Positions 43,460-50,628 of a DNA stretch of 50,628 bases are shown in pieces (positions within the stretch are counted from its first letter, which is position 1; the number at the start of each line of letters is the position of its first letter). This stretch comes from a virus. Lineage: Duplodnaviria > Caudoviricetes. The stretch lies in IMG/VR virus record IMGVR_UViG_3300028146_000013, positions 1 to 50,628 of that record, one strand, 5' to 3'. The notes below the pieces were generated by a model. That model was not told the DNA's origin. It made no database searches and saw nothing but the letters and a program-made list of their open reading frames with translations. Both the position numbers and the translations under genes were made by a program.

Positions 43460-45417
43460 TAGTGATGTACCGCCCCCAGATCCCAAGTCGGGGGCCAGAG
43501 AACATTAAGCGCATCAAACCGCACCGGGACGGTGGTACCGCCGATGTAGCCACCGCTTATAGTGGGCTTGAAGTCACTAATAAGGCTAAAGTTACCTGAG
43601 CCATTAGTGAAGCCTGGATTGGTAGCTGCATTAGCTGTGTTATGGTCTACAGTGTTACCAGAGCCAGTGTTGGTAACCGCCGTGCCAGTGCTAGTACCAG
43701 CATAGAGCATGATGTTCTGAATATGGCTGTTCTGGGCAGGGGCGCCCCACGAACCGCTGGTATCGTTCTGAACAGCAACAGTGCTACCCGCACCATGGCC
43801 AGTCGGGGAGTAGACAGAAATGTTGAAGTACTCTTGGCCGTTCGGTGGGAAGAGGGGTGCGCCCGTTTCACCCGTGGTGCAGGTTCCACTTGGAGCGCTA
43901 CAGTTACCCGACAGCTGACACGCGCCCCGACTACCGACTTGCATAGCGTTTTGAACGTAGTTAGCACCAACGGTCTGTAGCTGAAAGGCAGAGTCTCGAA
44001 CCGTGATGTTCTGACCGCTCACTTGAGCGCCTTTGCCACCGCTCGTAACGGGCGGGGAGTTTCCGATCACCCGCTCCACCACAACATTCTTAATATGCTC
44101 GTCCACCGAGCCATTTTGGGGAGCTACCTCAAAGGGACCACCAGAAGTGCCAAAGCTGTTATCGGAGATCCATACAAACTGCGTGGTCTGTCCAATCCAC
44201 GGAGCGCAGGACTGATAGGTGTTACCTGAGTGGAACTTGAAGTTCGCTGCTTGGCTAATTGCGTTGTTAAAGGTGCTATTACTATAGACACTCTTACTGC
44301 CCGCGCTCACCCGGAAGGTTTCTACGTTACCCCCAGACCCGCCCGTTCCCTCGAAGTCAGAGCCTAAAACCGCTATATAGTCTGCTACGATATAATTAGG
44401 CGTTCCTCCACAGTTCAGAGCCCCAGAAGCGTTGACACAGTTATTCTCGCTAACGTTGAAATAGACTGCAATCTGGCCGCTGCCCACCTTACCATGCCAG
44501 TCAGAATCCACCACTCCAATCTGAGTGGCTTGCTGGAAGCTACCCGCGCCTGCTGTAGTGCCGTTGATCGTAGTGTTATAGAAGGTAATCTGGGTCTGCG
44601 GCACGGTGGTCGAGAGCACATTCATGTCCATTTGAATGCCGTTGCTAGCGATTCCAGCACCTGCAATGACGATATCCGAGAAGCGCCCATCAACCGCTGT
44701 ATTCGCGACCTTGACGACTGGATTACCTCCAGAGGTACTCGTAAAAGTTGGTCGGCCTGTTTGCGTGTTTACACACGTACCATAGGCACCTACGCTCCAC
44801 TTAGTACCTGAAATGGTGAAGTTACCGCCCGTGAAGTTATCCCCACACTTATAGAGAAGCCGCTTGTTGGACAGGCTAGCGTTGATAGCAGCGAAGGTTG
44901 AGGCCACGGTTTGAGTCGCGCCTGCAGGGCATCCGCTTCCAACCGTCGTGTTGAATAGACAGGTTGTTTGGGCTCCCGGCCACCCACTCGCCCCAGAAGG
45001 GTCAAACACGTGGACACTCATAGCGCATTTAACATCATTAACCCCGTCGTTGGAGTCAACGTTCACTGTGTAAAAAGTATCCCGGCCTTCCGTCACGAAG
45101 AGATGGGCAGCGTTGTTGCCAGTAGCAAAGGTGCGCTGATTGACGTTAGGGTTAGAGCCATAGCGCCACGTTGCGGTCCCAGAGCCTAGCCGGTCGCCAA
45201 AGTCCCACGAAGAGTTAACATCTTGGTAGGCGGTTGAGTTTACTAACACATTAGTTGATGCAACCCCTGAGTTGTCGAAGAAGACTAGCAAGGGGGATAC
45301 GCCAGATAGTCTAGGGCTAGTCGGCGTAGTCGTGAGTGACCCCACTGTCTGTGGACACGGGTTATTAACCGCGTGGGCGGCACTAGCAAATAGCAATAGC
45401 CAGAGTAAGTGTTTCAT
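43459..45417 (-). CDS. Signal-peptide protein with a PKD-like domain and beta-helix region
   Basis: MKHLLWLLLFASAAHA; PLLVFFD...WDFGD...AAHLF; many Cys; DF.P...DLGA C-terminus. Confidence 0.65.
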   Translation of the reverse strand: MKHLLWLLLFASAAHAVNNPCPQTVGSLTTTPTSPRLSGVSPLLVFFDNSGVASTNVLVNSTAYQDVNSSWDFGDRLGSGTATWRYGSNPNVNQRTFATGNNAAHLFVTEGRDTFYTVNVDSNDGVNDVKCAMSVHVFDPSGASGWPGAQTTCLFNTTVGSGCPAGATQTVASTFAAINASLSNKRLLYKCGDNFTGGNFTISGTKWSVGAYGTCVNTQTGRPTFTSTSGGNPVVKVANTAVDGRFSDIVIAGAGIASNGIQMDMNVLSTTVPQTQITFYNTTINGTTAGAGSFQQATQIGVVDSDWHGKVGSGQIAVYFNVSENNCVNASGALNCGGTPNYIVADYIAVLGSDFEGTGGSGGNVETFRVSAGSKSVYSNSTFNNAISQAANFKFHSGNTYQSCAPWIGQTTQFVWISDNSFGTSGGPFEVAPQNGSVDEHIKNVVVERVIGNSPPVTSGGKGAQVSGQNITVRDSAFQLQTVGANYVQNAMQVGSRGACQLSGNCSAPSGTCTTGETGAPLFPPNGQEYFNISVYSPTGHGAGSTVAVQNDTSGSWGAPAQNSHIQNIMLYAGTSTGTAVTNTGSGNTVDHNTANAATNPGFTNGSGNFSLISDFKPTISGGYIGGTTVPVRFDALNVLWPPTWDLGAVHH

Positions 45418-46037
45418 ATGTTTAAGGTGATCGTACCGGTGTTAGAAGTCACTGTGTCAGTCGCTTGGATCACAATAGAAATGGCCCCAGAAGTTGGGCT
45501 CGGCCAACTAAAGATCGTACGGGCGTTAGACTGATTGATGAACGAAGCTGTGATCGCTGGCGAGACAACCGACCAAGAAATAAGGTTCGTGCTATTGGTG
45601 ACTGTAATACCCAGTTCATAGGGAAGGCCGACCCCAGCCGAAGGCGCAGGAAGCGGGAAGCCATCCTGATGAAGGACAAGGGTGCCTCCACTAGAAACCA
45701 CTTGGAGGCTAAAGTTCTTCGATGCTGATTGACTTGCACTGTCAAGTACCTGTACTAAAACTGTATCGGTCTCTGCTACTCCGGGGGTACCGGTTAAGGC
45801 TCCAGTAGATGAATTGATTACCCAACCATTCGACCCTGTTTGTGAAAGGATTGACCAAACGTAAGGTAGAGTACCGCCAGAAGCCGCAATGGTCGTTGAG
45901 TACGCGCTTCCCTGAGTAGCGTTCGGCAACGGCGATGCCGTGGTGATCACGGGGGTGTTCGTGAATGGAATAATAAACTGCGCCTGAGACGTTATTCCCT
46001 GGGCGTCCATCACTTGAATAGTGAGTATGTCGCTCAT
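45414..46037 (-). CDS. Putative Ig-domain (He_PIG-like) protein
   Basis: LPNATQGSAYSTTIAASGGTLPYVWS...TGALTGTP. Confidence 0.75.
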   Translation of the reverse strand: MSDILTIQVMDAQGITSQAQFIIPFTNTPVITTASPLPNATQGSAYSTTIAASGGTLPYVWSILSQTGSNGWVINSSTGALTGTPGVAETDTVLVQVLDSASQSASKNFSLQVVSSGGTLVLHQDGFPLPAPSAGVGLPYELGITVTNSTNLISWSVVSPAITASFINQSNARTIFSWPSPTSGAISIVIQATDTVTSNTGTITLNI

Positions 46038-47710
46038 CCATCGTACGTCACGGTGGCGAGATAGTTAGCGAATGTGGCAGTACGGCCAGCAGTTTCGACC
46101 AGCGCAATGGTTCTCTGGGCGTCGTTGGTCATCCAGAAGTTACACGGAGTCGCAGCGGGGTTAGCTGGAGTGGCTGCGTTAGATCCCGAGAAATTAGAGA
46201 GTACCGTGGGAGTTAGCTCACTAGACTGCATAGCAAGCCCATAAGCGCCTGCAACCGTACCGCCAAGGTTCCACCGTACCTCACGTAACACAGCGTTAAC
46301 AGGTAGCTTCCGGCTCCAAGTACCCAAGTTTACTGGCGCTTGAGTATTAGAGCCAGTGAACTGCACTGTCTTTGGGTAGGTGATACCCGAGGTCGAGAAC
46401 TGCCAGTTGAGAGTGGTCGGGAAGATCTCAGTGGGGTCGTTACCCCGGCAACTAATATCGAACTCAACAACTGGCGCACCACCTTTATTAGTGGCAAGTT
46501 CAATGAACGAACAGAAGCTCGCCGCGTTCGGGTACTGAAGGATATTACAGTTCTTGTAGGCGAAGTTCGACTGAAAATTAAAGGCGTTGGCTGCATAAGA
46601 GTACGCATGTTGACCAACAAAGCTACAATTCTGGAAGGTAGTGCAGGCACCTTGACCATTCCCAATCTCAATCAAAACGGTGTCGTTGGTCGATGGATAG
46701 GTAGTGGAATTAGTATCCTGAGTAACCATATCAAAGGCGACGTTGCCCGTGGGCCACTGAGAGTGAAGAAACAGGCAATTAGAGTTACCCATCTCCATAC
46801 GGAGCTTGTCACAGGAGAAACTAGTTACGCCGCGAGAGTGAGTAAAGCCCAAAAGATTGAATATATAAGTTGGGGTCGTCGGTAGCCACCCGGACGCATC
46901 ACCCGCCGTGATTCGCACACTACCGCCCCAATTTAAAGTGACCCAAGAGCCTGTACCTGGATTGAACTTGCAGTCATCAAACCAGAAATTTAGGAACTGA
47001 TCACCGCCACTCCCTACACCCGGCGCGACAAAGAGCCAAGAACCTGCGATAGCCCCTGACAGGGTACACTGGGAGACCATCCACTCACTATTGTTATTGG
47101 TACCAGTGAGATTGAAGATGTTGTTCCAGTTACCACCCCATTGACAGCGATAGAAGTGGTAATCTTGGATATTGCCACCACCCCCCGTGCCCTCAACGGA
47201 GGCTAGAAAGTCTGCAGTGAGGTCATGGCCAACGAAAGAGATGTCTTGGAAGACGGTACCGATGAGCCATTGGTTAGTAAGGAATGGCGTCCCCGCTACA
47301 GAAGGCGTGTAGTCAATACGGGTCGCCTGGCTACCCATCCCTTGGCATTTGATGCCAGTGGTATTATGGTTGATCTGGGTCGGGAGGAGAAGCGGGCAGG
47401 CGTTGACCAGATAGAATGTACCGGGGCCAAGCCGATAGCCGGTGTTGACCCTAAAGGTGCCGTTATAGAGAACGGCAGAGTTAGCAGCCTTTGTGGCTGC
47501 TGCATTCATATTCGCAAGGTCGGTGATACCTGAGGTATCCCCAGAGGCCGGGATAAAGAGACCTAAAGCAAAGCCAATAGCAGCAGCGATAAGTGCATTT
47601 AACGGCGTCTGCTGGGTCGAACCTGGACCGCCTGCAGCTAATTGAAGAGGAACGGCTTCAGTGCCGCCTAAAGTGCCCGCCGAAGGAAGATGGATGAAGT
47701 CGGTTGTCAT
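46034..47710 (-). CDS. Second tailspike-like beta-helix protein
   Basis: N-terminal HLP.A..L.GTEAVP head-binding-like segment; SGDTSGITD...LGPGTFY entry motif. Confidence 0.6.
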   Translation of the reverse strand: MTTDFIHLPSAGTLGGTEAVPLQLAAGGPGSTQQTPLNALIAAAIGFALGLFIPASGDTSGITDLANMNAAATKAANSAVLYNGTFRVNTGYRLGPGTFYLVNACPLLLPTQINHNTTGIKCQGMGSQATRIDYTPSVAGTPFLTNQWLIGTVFQDISFVGHDLTADFLASVEGTGGGGNIQDYHFYRCQWGGNWNNIFNLTGTNNNSEWMVSQCTLSGAIAGSWLFVAPGVGSGGDQFLNFWFDDCKFNPGTGSWVTLNWGGSVRITAGDASGWLPTTPTYIFNLLGFTHSRGVTSFSCDKLRMEMGNSNCLFLHSQWPTGNVAFDMVTQDTNSTTYPSTNDTVLIEIGNGQGACTTFQNCSFVGQHAYSYAANAFNFQSNFAYKNCNILQYPNAASFCSFIELATNKGGAPVVEFDISCRGNDPTEIFPTTLNWQFSTSGITYPKTVQFTGSNTQAPVNLGTWSRKLPVNAVLREVRWNLGGTVAGAYGLAMQSSELTPTVLSNFSGSNAATPANPAATPCNFWMTNDAQRTIALVETAGRTATFANYLATVTYDG

Positions 47711-48258
47711 GTTGTTAGTTGAACCCCCGCATCCGTCACAATCGGCACTCCATCACCGGTCACAAGGAAGTCTGTGCCAGGGATGTTAGGCGTTCCCGTG
47801 ATGACTCCCGTCGTTGAAACGAACCAAGTATCGGGGCCCGTGGCTGAAAGGAGCGAGAATACGTAAGGAAGTACGCCGCCCGAGGCTTGACCCGAGATAT
47901 TCTGGCTATACGGAACCCCAAAGGTCGCCGGGGGTAAGGTTTCGCCCACCAACAGCAAGGAAGAGACGATAGTTAGGCTGAATATCTGTACCGGCCCTCT
48001 TCCACCGTGGACATCGGTCACCTGGATGCCTAAAGTATCGACTTCCGTGAAGACTGGGGTGCCTGAGATGACTCCCGAAAGCGATAAGGTTAGCCCAACG
48101 TCTAAAGAGCCTGAAATCAACGCAAAAGTGTACGGTGGAGTGCCGCCCCGAGGCACCAAGGTCACTGAATAAGGCTGTCCCTGAATCGCCGAAGGCAGCG
48201 GTGAGCCCGTCAGGATCGACGGGCCGTAGGGGACGGGGCGGCAGTAGAACTGTTGCAT
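47707..48258 (-). CDS. Protein with two He_PIG-like Ig domains
   Basis: Two LP.A..G.PYS...GG..PY.F...GVI.GTP units; TAATG overlap. Confidence 0.75.
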   Translation of the reverse strand: MQQFYCRPVPYGPSILTGSPLPSAIQGQPYSVTLVPRGGTPPYTFALISGSLDVGLTLSLSGVISGTPVFTEVDTLGIQVTDVHGGRGPVQIFSLTIVSSLLLVGETLPPATFGVPYSQNISGQASGGVLPYVFSLLSATGPDTWFVSTTGVITGTPNIPGTDFLVTGDGVPIVTDAGVQLTT

Positions 48259-48866
48259 TAGGAGCGAGTTCCCATCCCCTGGATAACCGCCAAGCAACCC
48301 ACACCACTCGTAAAGGTCGGAATGACCAACCTAATCGCCATACAAGGGTCCTTTTGGCTACCGGCTGTCCTGGCAGCTAAGGCTGCCAAAGTAGCGTGAT
48401 TGACTACCCGAGCAGTTTTAGCGGTGGTAAAGGGGCCAGCGGTGGCTGACTGAGAGGTCGCTGAGGTCAAGGTATAGGTAGTCGCGCTAGGCACTGTAGC
48501 AACCGCGTACTCACCGTCCATCGTAGCGGTGGTGAGGTTGGGTTGAAGGTTGGAGCTTTCCAGCTTCACCCAATCACCCACCGAGAGCCCATGGCCGGGG
48601 GACACAAAGCCTGCAGGCCCGTAGCCTTGAACAAACGTTGGGCCGGTATCAGTCACCGTGATAACGGTGGTGGTTTGAGAGGCCGTTACGTAATGGCCGT
48701 CTTGAGTGATGTCGTCGTCGGTAAACTGAACCGTGCCGGTTAATGTGGCGCCCGAGCTAATCGAGAACACCAGTCCGACAGCGAAGGCGGTTTGAAGATA
48801 GTCAAGAGGAATCCAAGGGCCGAAAGAGTTAGCCGGGCCGGTCACATACTGATAAACGGGTCTCAT
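48258..48866 (-). CDS. Putative virion protein
   Basis: HGLSVGDWV...DGEYAV..V..ATTYT motif common in phage structural proteins. Confidence 0.6.
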   Translation of the reverse strand: MRPVYQYVTGPANSFGPWIPLDYLQTAFAVGLVFSISSGATLTGTVQFTDDDITQDGHYVTASQTTTVITVTDTGPTFVQGYGPAGFVSPGHGLSVGDWVKLESSNLQPNLTTATMDGEYAVATVPSATTYTLTSATSQSATAGPFTTAKTARVVNHATLAALAARTAGSQKDPCMAIRLVIPTFTSGVGCLAVIQGMGTRS

Positions 48867-49114
48867 AATGGGGTACCTGTAATAGTGCCAGAAGAGGAGA
48901 CCTGCCAAGAATCTGGGCCGGTCGCTGAGAGTAACGAGAAGCTATAAGGAGGCCGACCGCCCGAAGCCTCACTCGCAATGGATTGCGAATAAGGAACTCC
49001 GTGGGTCGCTGGAGGAAGAGTCCCTCCCACAAGAACAAGCTTTTGCTTCCTCCCCCTGAACAAGTCAACAGGGGCGAGGAAGATAGGCAGAACCAGAAAG
49101 GTTCGACGGTTCAT
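48863..49114 (-). CDS. Single Ig-like domain with twin-arginine-like N-terminus
   Basis: MNRRTFL...; domain paralogous to that in 47707..48258. Confidence 0.6.
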   Translation of the reverse strand: MNRRTFLVLPIFLAPVDLFRGRKQKLVLVGGTLPPATHGVPYSQSIASEASGGRPPYSFSLLSATGPDSWQVSSSGTITGTPL

Positions 49115-49335
49115 TAGTGCCAATGTGGGATCTTGCCAGGGTTACGATTGCCCGCCATCTGCTTATGAGCATTGACTGGATGACCGTCCGTAGGTTCATC
49201 CTGATGGGGGACATCCCGAGAGGTCTCCAAGCTAGCCCCATAGCGTCCACCGCCTGCGGGTGGAGGAGAGGGAAGGATCTTCCCTTGATGACGAGATAAC
49301 TCATGGCCGTTGGACTTCTTAAACCGCAATGTCAT
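49114..49335 (-). CDS. Hypothetical protein
   Basis: GGAGG RBS; TAATG overlap. Confidence 0.55.
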   Translation of the reverse strand: MTLRFKKSNGHELSRHQGKILPSPPPAGGGRYGASLETSRDVPHQDEPTDGHPVNAHKQMAGNRNPGKIPHWH

Positions 49336-49374
49336 AGAGCCTCCAGGGTAGCAACTTCACAACGTAGTACTTTG

Positions 49375-49474
49375 AATCGGCGGAAGCGCAGGAAGAAGGT
49401 CTTCGGGTGAAAATAACCACCCGCCGAGGTATTTCATGCGTTTTGGTTCTTTTTTAAGAGAAGAGAAGAGAAGA
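49375..49474. repeat. Bipartite intergenic element, copy 2
   Basis: AATCGGCG-N10-AAGAAGGTCTTCGGGTG...TTCTTTTTT-(AAGAG)n. Confidence 0.75.
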
Positions 49475-49489
49475 TCGGCGCTTCGCGCC

Positions 49490-49711
49490 TCAGGAAGCAT
49501 TGAAGGTCACCGCAATCGGGGCGGAATAGGTCATCGGAGGGCCTATCTCATCCGCTAGATCGCGGATCTGCCTGCTGATAAGCTCCAACCGGCCCTCAAG
49601 CTCCTCAACCTCATGGCGAAGGTGGAAGAGACCCCCGTGGATCTCCCCCAACACCCGCGACTGATGCGCCAGAACCCTCTCGATGACTTCTAGCTGCCGC
49701 TCAACGCTCAT
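49490..49711 (-). CDS. Coiled-coil protein
   Basis: Heptad pattern; ATGA overlap. Confidence 0.55.
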   Translation of the reverse strand: MSVERQLEVIERVLAHQSRVLGEIHGGLFHLRHEVEELEGRLELISRQIRDLADEIGPPMTYSAPIAVTFNAS

Positions 49712-50040
49712 GTAGCGGCGAAGCTGGCGGAAACCGGGGCATTGAAGGTGCCTTCGGCCTTGGCGGCGACCGGGAAGGTCCCGGAGACCGGCGCACCAAT
49801 GGCGGCGCCATTCACGTCCATCGCCGTAGCGACGAAGGTGGCATCGCCCGCAGCAAGAGTGGCTGGGAAGGCCCAGGGAGTCGGCGCTTCAAGACCAGTG
49901 AGAGCTACTGTTGGGCTCACTGTGCCTGCAGCGTCAGTGACTACCACGGCAATCGAGGCTTGGGCGGCGCTGCCTGCGGGCAGGGGCTGGCCGGGGTTCA
50001 CTGTGAGGGTGACAACCCCAGCAACAAGTACGGTGGACAT
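49708..50040 (-). CDS. Small Ig-like beta protein
   Basis: GAGGAG RBS; A/T/V/P-rich. Confidence 0.55.
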   Translation of the reverse strand: MSTVLVAGVVTLTVNPGQPLPAGSAAQASIAVVVTDAAGTVSPTVALTGLEAPTPWAFPATLAAGDATFVATAMDVNGAAIGAPVSGTFPVAAKAEGTFNAPVSASFAAT

Positions 50041-50045
50041 CGAGA

Positions 50046-50606
50046 TTACTCCTCAGAATCGGGTTGAAGATCGAGAACTTTTGCCTTTTCTTTGTGTAGC
50101 AAGCGGGTCAGGTTCCCGGCGTGCTGTTCTAGATACAGATTGATGTTCACGGGGGCGGCGGGGGGTGCTTCGACCCTGGCCCCGTAGCCCGCTGCGCGTG
50201 AAGTGAGCCCGAGAGTCTGCAGGACCAGTTGGTCGGAGACCGCGTCGGCGGGCTTGTTGAGTTTCTCTTCGAGGATCGAGATCGACCGGGCGATGAGCGC
50301 CTCGAAACGCTGCTTGATGGTGGCCCGAATCGTGGGATCGGTCAGTTGGTCTTTGCGTTCATGGAGCCGAGCTTGGAAGGCATCCGAAGTGACTATCTGT
50401 GAGACCCACGAGGCTGTGTAACCGTAGCGGGCCGCCAGTTCGTTCTGACTAATCACCGGGTTAGCGATGATCGTATCGATCATGTCGTCGTGGGTGTAGC
50501 GGACCTGACAGATGCCTCGACCTACCCCGGAAGGCCAGAACTCCATAGGAAAGATAGGGTTAGCGGTCTGTTGGAGAGGGGGGTCGGTGGGGGTCGAATC
50601 GTCCAT
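50046..50606 (-). CDS. Putative terminase small subunit (HTH)
   Basis: SQNELAARYGYTASWVSQIV HTH plus helical oligomerisation region; first gene of the late block. Confidence 0.55.
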   Translation of the reverse strand: MDDSTPTDPPLQQTANPIFPMEFWPSGVGRGICQVRYTHDDMIDTIIANPVISQNELAARYGYTASWVSQIVTSDAFQARLHERKDQLTDPTIRATIKQRFEALIARSISILEEKLNKPADAVSDQLVLQTLGLTSRAAGYGARVEAPPAAPVNINLYLEQHAGNLTRLLHKEKAKVLDLQPDSEE

Positions 50607-50628
50607 GGAGCTACCACCTATGGGGGTC

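Larger units (their letters stand above)
1..50628. mobile_element. Tailed bacteriophage genome (podovirus-type), probably complete
   Basis: TerL, portal, scaffold, capsid, P22-like tail/ejection genes and PolA; two divergent gene blocks; no host housekeeping genes. Confidence 0.95.

Noticed and set aside
47707-49114. Diversity-generating retroelement TR/VR pair
   Set aside because: Differences between the Ig copies are not adenine-specific and no reverse transcriptase is present.

Overview
This window appears to be an essentially complete ~50.6 kb tailed-phage genome with podovirus-type (P22 gp4/gp10/gp7-like) morphogenesis genes. The ends may join as a circle: a sigma70-like promoter for the last gene would straddle the junction. 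The + strand (0.7-19.2 kb) carries many small early genes (RadC-like JAB protein, DUF932-like protein, HTH proteins), a Cas4-like nuclease / Sak4-like ATPase / SSB module, a family-4-UDG-fused family A DNA polymerase and a DUF3987-like ATPase. The - strand (50.6-19.2 kb) carries a putative TerS, about 10 kb of Ig-like and beta-helix genes, TerL, portal, GroES, scaffold, capsid, tail hub, a cupin-SET fusion, ejection proteins, a PurD-like ATP-grasp enzyme, a tailspike and membrane proteins. I recognised no integrase, ParA/ParB, primase or endolysin. The most striking feature is the non-coding control region (161-419), which stacks host-type binding sites: eight YGC-N3-GCA (PhaR-box-like) motifs, a chromosomal-type parS, and four DnaA boxes flanking an exact IHF consensus, i.e. 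an apparent host-origin mimic. Other highlights are a prepilin-like peptide, a PEP-CTERM-like (APEID) surface protein whose 3' end overlaps a tRNA-like fold, a candidate secreted toxin/immunity pair, and a bipartite DNA element duplicated 31 kb apart. All calls are motif recognition by eye; no database searches were run.
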